Translations under genes and position numbers: made by a program | The notes under the pieces: generated by a model | Databases searched by the model: none | What the model was told of the DNA's origin: nothing | What the model saw: the letters and a program-made list of their open reading frames with translations, nothing else | Part shown: positions 24,648 through 39,600 of the stretch, piece by piece | How positions within the stretch are numbered: the stretch's first letter is position 1 | Layout: every line of letters starts with the position of its first letter | Assembly: GCA_903813345.2 (NCBI GenBank) | Contig: CAIIXF020000001.1 | Span: forward strand, 40,176,001-40,240,000 | Reading direction: 5' to 3' | Origin: Owenia fusiformis | Taxonomy: Eukaryota | Length of the DNA: 64,000 nt

Positions 24648-27600
24648 CTACTTCATATCCTTCATCATTGAGGAGAAATCAGTCAATCTCTGGTAGTCCT
24701 CATCACCATCATTTTCTGCATCAGCTCCACCCTCTCCCTCATAGTCCCGAAAGGCTGGGTTGCGCGCATTCCTGGCCAGCTTAAGTGTACATGGGAGGAT
24801 CTCTGCCATGACTGTCAGGTGGATGACTAGAGATGTCAAGCTTGGCCACTCTTTATCCAGACCCTGAAAGACATTTAATAAGTTGATACGTACATATTTC
24901 ATGAGTTTTATGTGTACAAATGTACTGAATTTTTCAATGCATGTACCCATTAAGTATGCAGAGCAATATACTGCAGTAAAAGTTCTTTTTTATTTTGCCT
25001 CATTTTCTGTATCAGTAATGTGACCCTGTTGCTTGGCATTCATTTTAAATCTTTAAAAGTAAGGATGTATTTTCTCATAGCCTTTAAATTTTTTTTATGT
25101 TACATCAAGACATATATTTAGCCCAAAATACAATATACATGAACAAAAAAGCTTCCAAATATTGCTTACCTTTAACCTCACACCTTTAGGGGTTCTCTGT
25201 ATTAGGTAATGGTTGATGCCATGTGGGTTATCGTATTTAGGTACCTTGACAGACAGAGCAAAGCAGTTGGGATGGGTGCTACTCTCTCGCACTATAAACG
25301 CACCAATATCTTCCGTTGACAATACCTCCAGTGCTATCTCCCTACAAAAAAACAATTATTCATTTAACCATCCTTAATGAACATTAGCTGTGGACATGTT
25401 GTATACATGTAGTTGCCAGAATAGCCTTTGAGAAGACTACCACACTAGACTGTTTTTTAGAGGTAGTCTTTAACTACTGGCAAAATGGGCTTCACACCTA
25501 AACAGATCCACTCATTTAACTTGATCAGCTTTGATTGATTCCTTTACAGTGAAAGCTATATAGTTACACTTGAGAGGAGCTCCACTAACTTTCATAGATT
25601 TATTTAACATTAACATTAATGGTTATGGAACTCTAAAGTGTTCCACTTGTGGATGTGTTCTATTCCACTTACAGGACAGTTCCATTATAAAGGTTTTCCT
25701 GTATAATGTGCACATACCTGGGTATGCCTGCCTGGTACCATGCTGCTTGCTGAAGTGTATTACAGTCTATCAGACCCTCAGCTTCCAGCCTCTTCAATGA
25801 GTCATACCTGCAATAAGGAAGCACAAAGGGCAACATTAGGCAAACTCTAATAACACACCTATAATCCATATACAAACTGATAATAGTATTATACAACATT
25901 ATTCAAAATATTAGGCCCAGTATCATCCTGTATAAGTTTTAAGAAAATAATATAGAATTCTGATTATTTCTATGAGAAGAAATCTTAATTAATTGACAAT
26001 TTTCTGAATTTTTTATCAAATATAAATGCATTCTATTATTAAGTTGATTGGGGATACAACTACAGAAATCTGTTTCAAATTCCAAAAAATACTGTATATA
26101 TACATGTATATTGAATGAATGAACTCATACAATTTTGGAATAATTTATTCAGCTGCTACTGTTATAGTGCCATATAGAGAATTTTACTTAGTCACATAAC
26201 ATAACATTTTTAAGGTTATTATGAACTCAACTTAACCTTTTCATCATTGATGATACATTCAAGAATTTGTAATATCAAGTAGGATGATGCTCAATGTCAA
26301 TACAGCCTGTTGTAATCCTAATCATATAATCCATACTTCTGGAATTTATTTGATAGCTGAGCATGATCTTATTTGAAATCAATAGCAAGCCAAATGCTAT
26401 AATCAATCTTATGGATAAACTTCACTTTGTAAAAAATAGAAGATTTAATATCAGTTTATATCTGTTATTTTACAATTTACAAAATGTCTTTTTTCTGAAA
26501 TATAGCCAAAACTTACATACTTACAACATTAATACACAAAATATTTGTCTGCGCTTGACTTGAAGGTTATTCTTTTTAGTGTTGCTTTATATGAATCTTA
26601 TACTAACATGTAACCATAAACTTGTCTTGTTTAGCTAAAAATTATCAATTTCAAATATTTCACTTTTGTCAAAAATAACATCATCTGAAGTATGTGAAAT
26701 ATATGTTCAAGTGAGAAATTATTGGCTAAAATTGAAAAAATATAACAAACATATGTATTTATCTTGTTAAATTGAGGAGATTGAAATTTGAACCAGTGGC
26801 TACTTTCACTAGTTGAGCCAGAAAACTGTCAATTTTGTTTGTATAATTGAACAAATAAATCATCATTGGAGGTTGACATGTCAAGAAGTGTTCTAAGTAC
26901 AATTTTTCTTTAATTGCACCAATTTTGACAATTTAAAACAAGGCATTAACATGCAAACCGTCACCACCATTCGTTACAGACACCAACTGCAGATCCCCAA
27001 CCATCGACCACCGATTGCCCAAAAAACTGAGACAATAACAATATGTCAAAACTTTTTGGTGGAGACATAAAAAACTGGTAAAGTAAAAACTTCAAAAGTT
27101 TTCATGATTTTCCTAATTCCCAACTGGATAGAATGGACTTTGAACTGGTATGATGTAGGGTTACTGACATTTTTGGGATTCAACATTTTGGGATTCATTT
27201 ACTTCAATTAATGCTTGAGAGTTTAAATAATGATACACGTACATGTATTTTAACTTCTGTGGTTTAAATTGACTCCATGCAAGTTTTATATATCATATCA
27301 CACTTTATAAATGTAAATATATAAATACATCGATAGCTCCTGTATGTATTTATGTTATAAGATGATTTTCTAGAGAATACATCTCACCCTTACCCCTCAT
27401 CTACGTGCTGTCTCATCCATTAACACTATCAGATGATGAGAGGAACAATGAATCAGATAGTTCCCTGCTAACTTGTCTCAAACGCAATGATTGATGAGCA
27501 TGTTTACTGTAATTAGATTTTCTATTTTCTATTGATACTCACAACAATATGTAATATGATCAGATGTTTTTTTGTTATTTTTGCGACACTTTCTAAATAT

Positions 27601-30600
27601 GGCTTTTAGCTAACATCATTAAAGGTAATCCATTATATTCAACTAAATATCAGACAACAATAATGAAAGTACCCAGCTGGACCTGCCGATAGTTACAAAA
27701 TCAAAAAGTCTGTGTCTCTCTTTCATCTTCTCACAAATGTGTAGAAATGTGCAAGTTGGGGAGGGGGAGCACTTTAATTTGTGATTGATTCAAATAAAAA
27801 GTTTAAATAGTTTTCTTTACCTAACTAGCTACTCATTTTGATCTATCATAGCTACCAGAAAGAGTATGAGCTGTAGATACCACAATGACGTATAATGGCT
27901 CACCAATACTCAAGCTTTCTTTAAAGGACAAATGTTTTCATATCCACATTTTCAAAGTAAAGTACTCCAGAGGAAATTGCACTTTTTTGTTTGAAGCTTA
28001 AACAAATCCATATATTCATCAAAAATCTAATTCATTTCCTGAACTTGAGATTTTTGTAGAGTAAAGGTTAACTTAAGGTAAGTGAGAGGAAATGTCTTAA
28101 TTATCTGGTAGCATCTTACTTTACTTACAAATAGAGTTGAAAGGAAAAACAAACCAGACCAGACGTATCTCTGTATCTATGCAGGTAACACATGGTAGTT
28201 ATGCAGTATTATCATAGCTAACTCTCATCTTTTCCAACCTTTTATAACCATGGAAACAAGGGGCCATATCACAATTACAATTATACAATACATGTCATTT
28301 GTTATTTCTTTATTTTAAACTACACTTGTCCAGATGAATTTCCCTTCTAATTACTTTTTTCAATAACAAATAAATTGAAGAATTTTTTGTTTAGTTTACA
28401 TATCATCAACTCAATAAGGTTCAAAGAGAAGAATCTGTGCTTCAAAGTTCAACGACAGGAAAGTTTCTTACAAAACAATTTTTGAGAATAACCCCCTGAT
28501 CTCATATACCTGGACTAGCAGGTAAATGGAGTTGCTTATCCGTCTCCTCCCCCTTTATATATAGAACTGATGGGTTACAGAAAATAAACAAATACTCTTT
28601 GGCTACTCTTGCATCATACCCCCCCTGTGATTTACCACAATTCTCTTTCTAATTTTGGATATAAAGAAAACTTTGAAGAAACAAGCCATGAAATAAATGA
28701 TGAGAGTCAAAAATATTCTTTAGTTTTGTCTCTAATCAGACATATAACAATAAAACCTATTACTTCCTAAATACATAGCACCTGTCATTTGCACCATGGT
28801 AGACTCAAAAATTGAAATACAACATGGCTGTTTCAATTTTCCCATACAAATCATTTCATATCTGTCTAAACAATATAAAACCTCAAGAATTTAGTGTTTT
28901 TTCTGGTGAGAAATCATGCACAATCAGACAGTTTCCCTGCTTTGTGGTGAATTAGCTATCACCACTAGTATAGGGTATGGTAACACAGACTGACATAGGC
29001 CTATCAATGTGCTGTTTACCCAATGTGTAGTGGGAAAAGCCAAGTGCCAATATCTCTCTTTGTATCTGTGTTGAAGACTAGATGTAAATGCCAAATGTGG
29101 TAACAGGTTTTATAAACCTTTTACGTGTATAAATCCAATGAATAAATGACTTGCAATGAAACCTGTCATTTGGGATTTAGATTAAATGAGAAATATGATC
29201 ACAAACTTGTCAGCAAAACAATTCAGTATAAAACTTGGATCATATCAAATGTACAATAGCAATGAATGCACTTTGAGAAAAATCTAATAACAAGTATTTG
29301 AGTTATCATCCAGACAAACAAACAAATGAACAATAGAAAGATGAATAGACAGGGAGGCAGTTAAAGTTAGACAGTAAAAGACATGCAAAGAATACAGATT
29401 TATGAAAACAATTCAATAATGCCATTAGCAACAAGTTAACTTTAAATACAAAATAGAACTATTTGTTCCTACCTAACTCCAAGAATAAAGCAATCAATTT
29501 GTGGATGAATAGTGAATAATTTTTTTATGAATAGCATATATATTTTATTAGAGACTCATTCAACCTAACATGTCCCATTGTTATTATATAATACTATACT
29601 CCAAGTAATTGAATGTCAGAGACATTGCACATTCTTGCACTTTTAGAGTGATGATACTGGTCTATGCAATTTATTTCCTCACCCAGTATAGCCAATTTGT
29701 AATAGGACAGAATGTCACCATCTGGTAAGTTATCCAAATGGTTACAAAAATGTAGCTATTTATTATGGACACAAATGGTCAATTCTGAATCCCCATCACC
29801 AAAAGCAGTGGTTGTAACAAAAAAATTGTCTAGCATATGCACTGGTATAAAATTATAAAGCACATGTGCTATTAACAAATTCACCTAACCAGTACAGGAC
29901 ATACACTTTAAACAGCTGCGCTGGAGGTCAACAGGATTCATCAAGCAATTACATCTGTCAAATATCTCTAATTATCTCTTCAAACTTATCCCAGAAGCTC
30001 TTTTTAACAAGACTTATGAGGTAAGCTTCAAGCTAGCATGTTAGTAGTAGTTCACACTAACACAGGATGCGAGAAGCTAATGAGAGAAAATTCCTAAATT
30101 CCAGTGGTCTGCTTGAAGACATCAATGGCAGAAGGCCCAATGGGAGGAAGGTTGATTCCAGCTCGGTACAGTTACCTCTGACTATTAAAGATAATTTTAG
30201 TATTTACTTACGCTGATCTTAAGATCTTAATAATCTCAAATTGATCTTTTATTGCCTTGTATTGGCATTGAATGTGAAATGAAAGTCAACTGTGGGCAAA
30301 ACGTGCAATGTCATGATTTCCACACAATACACATTATACTCTGATTTAAATTCTATGCCTAATAAAAGCTTTATATCTCTTATTGAGAGAGTATAGAGAA
30401 AATCTATTTCATGTAAATGGTAAAAATAGCAAAAGCCCCTAATAGGAAGAATTCAATTGAAAGAAATAATATTCATAAACTGGGCCATAGGGACCTCTTT
30501 GTTTTAGAGCTTCCACTTTATAAAGATGCAGAAAGGCAGATCCATCATCCCAATGATAGACCTCCAATAATTGTTTTTGCTGATTGCTTCTCAACAAACC

Positions 30601-33600
30601 CATACAAATCTACAGAAAATCTCCCAGGAGAATGTACAATAGTATCTCTGTGACAGCAATTGAGAAATTAAAATGAATAACTGGCCACTTGAAATGGGAT
30701 CAATCCCCAGATGAAAGTCAGTGAAGAAAGATGTAAGATAAATTAGAATGACTCTAGGATGCAATTGATAAAATTCATATAGGATTTCAGGATAAGAACT
30801 TGAGTAACTCAACAGATCAGAACTCAAAGGCTTAAAAATGGATTTAATTCCAAGTTATTCATGACAATGACAGCTAATCCCTGTTGGTGATTAAAGAGAC
30901 AGTAAATTATTGGTGAAGCAATTTGCATGGCATGAATATATTGAGGTATCATTGAATAAATGTCATGATGAACCCTGACGTCAATATGTATTTAGTCATT
31001 GTCAGAGAATTCAAACCTTTTAGTCTGTTAGGCCAAAACGATCAAAGATTCCCAATTTATCTCTAAATAGTACCAGATTTATTTTTTAAGTGGTACTTAT
31101 TAATTGCCTTATTTACTGCTGAATTAGTACTTTTTATATCTGCTTGTTACCTATTTCACCTCTGAATTGGTACTCTCTTTACATCTGATCTTTCGGTAAA
31201 TTCCTGAATTGGTACTTTCTTTACGGTTGATTGCTACCTAATTTATTTCTGGTATTTTTAAACAAGTTGGCTGAGGTTTGAGAAAATGCAGTCCTTGTGT
31301 ATCTTATCTCCTGTCATATGAATAATTCAACCTAATCTGCCCTAGAACATAACACTATAGATGGACCATGGATCAATCTATCAGGGATCACTGGAATTCT
31401 TAAAATCTAAACCTCATATCTCAAGTACAGATGGTCCCTATCCTATCTATCTAAACAGACCTAAATAAGGGAATGGAAGTTATATATATTAAGCTATTCA
31501 AGAATCTCTATAGGGCTTTATATGTTTGACCTCTTTTATATTATACCTTAGTGTTCCCCCAAGACTTTAAAACTTAGTACAATATTCTATTTTATTATTC
31601 TGCCAAAATTGGCCAAAATTCTCATTTTGAAGTGGTTGCAAAACACAGCAAATGGGTCTTAAAGCTGAGAAGGTCACTGTACTGTCTTTATATTTTGGGG
31701 GCTATACCATATCCCTCATAGACAGTTAGTACTGTCTGTAACAAAAGTCAAAGGTCCCGTACCTGGCTACATCTGTACTCCAGTAGTGACGTGGTATTCT
31801 GCTTCTTAAAGTCTCCAACGAAGAGAAACTCATCTCCGTTTTATATTCCTTTATAGATTTTATCCATCATAATTTAATCCATATTAGAACTGCGCTTTTT
31901 GAAATGTCAACTCCTGTTTAGGTTCTGACATCAATCATAAAGTCATAACAATGTTAGCTACTAGCTGTAAAAAATTACTGAATAGTTTTTTATTTACTTA
32001 TCCAATGAATGCTCCGTTAGAAACCATAGAGTTGTGTACTTCCTTTTCACGTTGAGGTGAACAGTTAGTTTGACTACATCCTATATTATTGTTGACTTAT
32101 TAGGTTGAAAGCTTTACAATTTTTCTTTCAAGTTCATTTTATCTAAATACAACCATTTTTCATGTGTGTTAAGTACAGTACTTAGACAGGAACTTCAATA
32201 TAACATCATGTTGTGAAATTGAGAAATCCTAGAAGTCTTCCTGTTATGGCTGTTATCATAAAAAATAGTGTTATATTGAACAGAACTCCACTGACTGCTG
32301 ATTTTCCACATTCGCCACAGTAAGGTTCAACACTGTTAGATTATTTTAACTCCAGATACCCTTTGCAAGTCATCAACTTCCTCACACTCTACATAACTGA
32401 TAAATGTCTGGTTTGTCAAGGAAATCTGAGCCTTTCATAATACAATGAGTGTTCTGTTCTGCATGGTTCAGCAGTGCACTTTGATTGGTCAAATATCAAA
32501 TCACAGTCATTGTCAGAGTAGTATATACTAGCCAAAGAGATCAGGGTAGATTCTTCAATCCCACCTGTCTATGTCTGAGTCTTGACTTCTGCAGTAAACT
32601 GGTAAATTCTAGCAAATTCCTAACTGAGTTACTATCAGGCTAACTGAATACTAATTACTTTGATGCATGTAAGTTTGTATTTGTAATTAAAGACAGGCTT
32701 CAGCTCTTAGTTTATATCAGATACTGTACGTCATATTATTTACCAAGTGATAAAATAAATACACGTTTATAAGCTACAATGAAAGCACTGTGAAAGTTGG
32801 AGTTTTGTCAAATATGTATGTCAGCAGATTTATTTGGTCAATGGTGAATTGCTAATAAATAAACATTTATATTTCAGAGTTTTATGTTGTTTTTATTTGA
32901 TGTTGCAGTAATCCTGATTCTAGTCACACTCTGTCTGTGTGTACCCACTTTAAAGTTCAAGTAGACCTGAAAATTTTCCAAGTCCAAATATCGAAATGCC
33001 CTTTGAACCATTCTAATTTTAATATTGCTTAAAACATAAATTGCTGACATTTACATTTTTCATTTTACCAATCCTTTCAGCTCTTACTATTATGATAATA
33101 CTTGTTTATTTAGTAAGTGAGGAAGTTACCATTAAATCTAGTAAGTGATCCAGCATATTACCTGGTTCAAGTAGCTAAAGATGGTGACAAAAGCATATCA
33201 GAATACTGTGTATTATATGACTTAGTTCATAGATGATAAAATAACAGTAGAACTGTATCAGCAATCATGAAGATAATTTACCAGTAAATCTTATGACAAT
33301 AATGACCAATCAAAAGTTTCATCACAAACCAGTTCATAACATTTATTATATGCCTTTGTGTTTTGCTCAATCAAATGTTTGCAAATGAGGAGAAAACAGA
33401 GAAATGCTAAACGGAATAGCGCCAAATTAAACCAATCTACAGTATCTGAGATAAGTTACTTTTCAATTACTATAAGAACAACAGATCGCTAGATTCTGTT
33501 CGAAAGAATTAAAAAATCAATCAAAACCATAAGCGCCTGATGTTAATGGTATGAATAGCTGTTAATAAATCAACCTGTCTACATGCTAATTAGCAGATTC

Positions 33601-36600
33601 TCTTGAGAATAAGGTTGACATTATATTGTTGATAGGCCTTGGGACTTGATAAATAATTCAAAATGTTCAGTCTATGAGATAATATGTCTACTGGATATTA
33701 TGAGAGTAGTCTCCAATTGAACACTTGATATTCCCCTTAGAATCGGAATGTAATAATTCAATCATTGAGTAGAACCTTATTTTGTTTATCGGAAAGTGGT
33801 AGTCATGACAGTTTAAAACGTATCATTGCTCCAAGGCATTATAAGAAAGTAAAAATCTGATGACATGAAATAACAATCTAAGTGCTGACAATACCTTGTA
33901 GAAATAAATATTGAATGATGATCTTAAGATGTTATACAAAATTTATTTAAGGACGATTCTCGGTTTGGAGAACGAAGTTCATCAATCTAAATGAGCATTA
34001 TCCCTGCTTCGGACAAATTTGATTTTTTTACATAATATAGATTTGAATGTCCTCTTTTGAATAGTCATAATTTAATTTGGGTAATATTTCTTGATTTTTC
34101 GCAAAAAAATATTAGCGCAGTACACTGATGAACTTCTTTCCCCAAATCGAGACTTGTATTTTATTGAATCGGTCTAATTGAGCGTTATCCCTGCTTCAGA
34201 CCAATTTGTTATTTTTACATCTTGTAGAATTAAATGTCCTCTTTTGAATATTCATAGTTTAATTTGGGTAATATTTCTATATTTTTCATGAAAAAAATTA
34301 TTAGCCCAGGAGACTGTTCTCCAAACCGAGAATCGTCCTTTATCATTACATGTATCTCACAAATAGGTGGATGACACCTTGTAAATATGGCTTTTAATGT
34401 TGCACTTTAAAGATGCTATCAAAAATCAAATCAACAAATTCTTTCGTGTTTATCACTATTTCAAGTTTTGTATATAAAACTGTCAGAGTGTTGATACTGG
34501 TAATTCATTTCAAATGATTGTGCATTTTGATAATGAAAGCTAATGTTGCAATACCTTAACAAGCACTTCATTTGAGGCAACTCCATTCATTCAGATAGAC
34601 CAATGTAATCGACAATCTTTTCTTAGGACTGCCTAGACTGATTGCTCTATTTAACTTATTCCTGTTTCACTTTCATTCTTAATTAAAAAAATCCATTCCT
34701 AGAAATAGGAAAAGGAAAAACTGATTTTAAAATTAATCTATTTTCCTTTTTATGAATGACATTTTTCAGACAATTTTTCTAATTTTCAAAGCTCATAAAT
34801 AATAGTATTTGGTGTATTTTCAGAAAAATTCAAAATATTAAAAAACCTATTTTATCAATTTTGGGTTCATTTTGACCATGCCCATTGTGATCCTGGTCAT
34901 GAATATGATATACTGTTCATGAATGATTATACATTTATATGTTGTTTGGATTTCTTCATTTTGGTATATGGGTCACAATGGTATGAATGTAGGCATAATT
35001 GACCCCCTTTATCGATCAACATGTATTTATCAATTTTTCAACCACAAGGTCAAAGGGTTAATAATTGATATATGCAAAATTACAAAGTATAAAATACACA
35101 TAGATAGTGTTTTATCTCATCAGAAGTGACCACGCCACAGAGTGCAACTTCAAAATGAGATTCACAGGCAAGGCAGTGATCATCACAGGGTCAAACAGTG
35201 GAATAGGAAAAGCCACTGCATTGTTATTTGCCAGAGAAGGTGCGAGTGTTCTTATACATGGACAGTCCTTAAAAACAATTGAGGAAACTGTAAAAGAATG
35301 TAAAGATGTAGGAGGAAAAGATGCTAAGTTTCCATTCGTGCAGGGGGATATCAGCAATGAAGATGTCATCATGAAGATAAAGGATACTGCATTGAACACT
35401 TTCGGTAAAATTAACATCTTGGTGAACAATGCTGGTACTACCAATGTACATAACCTTTCTACTGGTACAATGCAGAACTTTCAGAATTTAATCAACATTT
35501 TATTGAGGGCACCGGTGCAGCTGTCTCAAATTTGCCTTCCAGAACTGAAACAAACGCAGGGCAACATCGTCAATATATCCAGCATCTATGGAATTCGGCC
35601 AACTGATGCCTTTGGGTTTTACCACATCGCAAAAGCTGGGTTGAATATGTTTACAAAGTGTGCAGCTTTAGAATTTGGCGCTCAGGGGGTCCGTGTCAAT
35701 GTCCTATGTCCTGGGTTTGTCCACACACCTGTTTTCAAAAGATTCTTTACAGATGAAGAGACTGAAACATATCTTAGAGCCGTGGCGAATATTACACCAC
35801 TCGGGAAGAATGGAAATGTAGAAGAAACTGCCAAGATGATAGCGTTTATAGCATCTGATGATGCATCAATGATGAATGGAGAATGTATTGCACACGATGG
35901 AGGTAGCATTCTTAGTGGACTTGACTCAAAAGCAATTGAAAATGCTACAAAATGATCTAAGCATGCAAAGTCATGCTATTTTATATATGCTACAAAATAA
36001 TCCTGACTTGAAAACAGCCTAAAGACAATCCTGACTTGAAAACAGCCAAAAGACTATTAACTCATTAAGTATTTTCTGAGACCATCATATTACTCTCAGG
36101 TATTTGGACGATATAGTGATCTAAATTCAACATTGTTTTTCTCTTAAACCAATTATTGAAAACAATCTGTAAAAAAACACATCCGATTGACAATAATTTA
36201 ATGTAAAAATTATGTATGCATATTTATATTTATAATTGTTTCAGTAAACAGTACAATTTCAGTACAATTGTTTTGTGCTCTTTTCTAGCAATTCTTGAGA
36301 ATGAAATAAAATATCTATCCAACAAAAAATTGGAACAAAATGGCATAAACACAATGTACTTAGATCTCTCAATATTGTAGTTATACAAAGGAAAGTTTGG
36401 TTCATTGAAAAAAGTTTCTAATAAATGGATAAATATTTTCAAATTAAATTCAAAAGTCACCATTCAAAAGACCTTTTTGATGAATCAGGTTTATGTATGT
36501 ATCTTTATTGCTACTTATCATTTGAATATGTTATCATGCTCACATTTCACTTTTGACAAATTTGGTTCAAATTTTATATGTTAATGCCTTATGGGCATAG

Positions 36601-39600
36601 GAACTCTGCAATGTATAATTCTAGAATTGAGGTGAAAGCTAATAGGATAAGTAGGTTTATGATAATTTTTCCAAACATGTGATTTAAGTGATTCTAACAG
36701 TTGTGCATGGCAACCGATTATAAACTGATCACCATTTATATGAAAAAGACCACAAATTTCTATTTTTCATATAGCAAGGGAATACAGCCCTCATACTTGG
36801 AATTTGCTCAGCTAAGACTGAACATGATTTATTTGATACAAAACTATAGGTTTTGTTTTTGTGTTAAAATAATAGGGGAGAATGTATCTAATATTTAACT
36901 AAGTGCTTAATCACACAGAACTGGATAGACCAGACACATATGTTAAACAATAAAACTTTTTAATTAATAACCTTGCCAGGACCTCTTTTCGTGACCCATA
37001 AGTAGGATAAGTGGTAGTCTCCATTTCAAGTTAAAGTTCAAGTAGATTTTACAAATTGTATAAAGTTGTCCCATTTATCAAAATGTACATGTACTCACTG
37101 GTATACAGACTTGTGTTCATTAATTGAGTACTTACCGAGTGGGAGTAGGAGGGGCACATGCTTGGTCTTGGCTTTCGTTTCCTGGACTAGAGTTTTGATA
37201 TCTCCTCTGCCATGCATCGCTAGAGGGTTGCGTATTGAACCTGTAGGCATCCTCAGGGTTATCATGATTGTTGTATATCTCTCCATGATCATAGATATGC
37301 TCACGCATGTTATCAGGAAATGTAGGTGTGTCATGATTATTATGTGGTGGCTCATGATTCTCAGGACTATTTCGTTTTTCCAGGACATTATACCGATATG
37401 AAGTTTCATTACCCTGTGGTGAATCCTGGCTATTTGCTCTAGGAATATTCTGCATGTTAGGTCTTTCTTTATCTCGGCTATGTGGTCTTTGTAAATCCCA
37501 ACCATTTTGTCCTTGACCTTGACTATTAGGTTGTTCTATGATTTGACTATTTGGTCTTTGTATATCTCGACTATTTGGTCTTACTCTTCCTATATCCCGA
37601 TTTTTTAGTCTCTCTTTATCTCGAGTATTTGATCTACCAAATTGTTGAAGATTTTCTGATGTATCTTGTGAGTCGAGACTCTTGGGTCTCCTAGTCTTAA
37701 ATTTTGATTTGTCTTTATTACGAACTCCATTGCTATGGTGAGATGGAGTGTCAGGAAGCGGTCTCGATGACATAATGCTGCTTATTTCTCTATTAGGCAC
37801 CTGGAAAAAATAATAAAACAATTAATAGGGTCAAGACTTCTATCTATCTGCAGCATAACTCCTTCAAATGAACATCTGAAACATATTTCTTTATTTATAC
37901 TCACATTGTTAGCATTGCTTTGAGGGGGTCTCCAGTGACTCACGGGATATGTATAATCTTCCACCTTTATTCCTAACCCAGACCCCTCAAACTGTTCATC
38001 AATTGTTTGTTTCATTGCCATTACTGGAGACCCTTTAATATTCTCCATATCGTTCGATGAATTGTGAAATAAATCTGAGTTACGTAAACTGTGTATTGCT
38101 GGGATAACAACAGGAACGTGAGTTGACGCGGAGGGCCTGGAATTCGAAGCTATTGTCTGTGGTGCCATCTTATGGTTGTTATTGGAATTAAATTGAGTGC
38201 TATTTGCAGCTGATTGCCTGGATAGATTATTCTGTGATTGTTCTGCAATTGGAGATCTGTGCTTTGCCTTGCCTGCTGCATGCTTTGCCTACATAAAAAC
38301 ATACAAAAAGTTCAACATTTCTCAAGTATTATGCAAAAATGTCACATAAAGCAATTGGCATCTTAGTCTATCTCTATTTCAAGATAATACCAATTCATGT
38401 GGTAAACATTACATGTTTTCAGTTAAGAGGTCAAGTCAAGAGGTCAAGAATTTATTCTTATCACTTTCACATCAATTTAATGGATGGGAATATCAATTTT
38501 TTAGTAAATTCTATTGATATAAAAACCAGATGGATTTGATTAATGAGAAATTTGTGTTAGGTTAAAAATATGTAAAGGTAATTAGATTTCTGTATCTCAA
38601 TAAGTGGCCAATATATGATTATTTATAATTTTACTTTAGCCTGTAGAGTGCAGATTAGGTGTCAATACGATCAAAGATAATACCATGCAATTATAATTTT
38701 CAAACTGACACATCAGATTGAATATATTTATCAATCGAAGTTATCATCATCAACAACAATTACAAATTATAAAAATGATAAAAAACTAGATAATGGAAAT
38801 GCAAAGGCATGACACATTCCAAGTGGCAGACTTGTGTAATTGCAGCCATTTTTAGAACCAGTATTACATTGATGCGTTACTCTCCAATAAAATGGCTGCC
38901 ATATTGGGCAAACTGTCAAAAGATAATAAGTCCTGCTTCCATGTAATAAATGCAATATCAATGATATCACTCCATTTCTTTGTTATCAAAAAACTAAGAT
39001 GCCAGATATAAAAATAAAAAATTATGTAATGAAAATGATTTTGCCCATCCTTGAGGGTTATTAATTATAACAGCAGGTACTTACCCAGACTTTATTTTGA
39101 CCCACTTTCTCTCTCCTCCTTTCCTCATCCTGTTGAATTGACAACATTTGCATGTCTCGTTCAAACTGAACCTGGGAGACCCCCGACTGAGAGATTTGGG
39201 AGAGACGTTTCTGTAGGTCATCCTGTTGCATCCCGTGGACTTCCTCAAACTTTGCACGTTGTTTCGCTACCTGCTCCTCAATCATATCATTAAATGTGGG
39301 TGAATTCTTCTGGCGTTCCGCTGCATATGTCATTTTAAACATATCACCGACTAATGTGTTCAGTTCTTCAGCCTAGAGGGTAAAATAAGAGTTTACTGTT
39401 TTATTTCAGTTGAACTTGTAACTTGGAGTTCATATGCCTTTTATGTCTGCTGCATGCATGTTAAAAATATTATTAGATAATCAAATACCATCGTATTCAT
39501 ACTCAGTAATTTATATTTTCATTCTGCATGAACCTTAGGGAGTATGCCAAAATGCATGTAGCAGGTGCCAAGTTATAAACAATTGAACATATAATTACAG

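Noticed and set aside
28508..28565. TATA box plus micro-exon on the minus strand as another SH2D5-like start
   Set aside because: The exon would be ~18 nt with no ATG; chance occurrence is likely in AT-rich DNA.
35107..35154. N-terminal extension of the SDR ORF from the ORF track
   Set aside because: Starts at a non-ATG codon; ATG 35155 has a good context and matches typical SDR starts.
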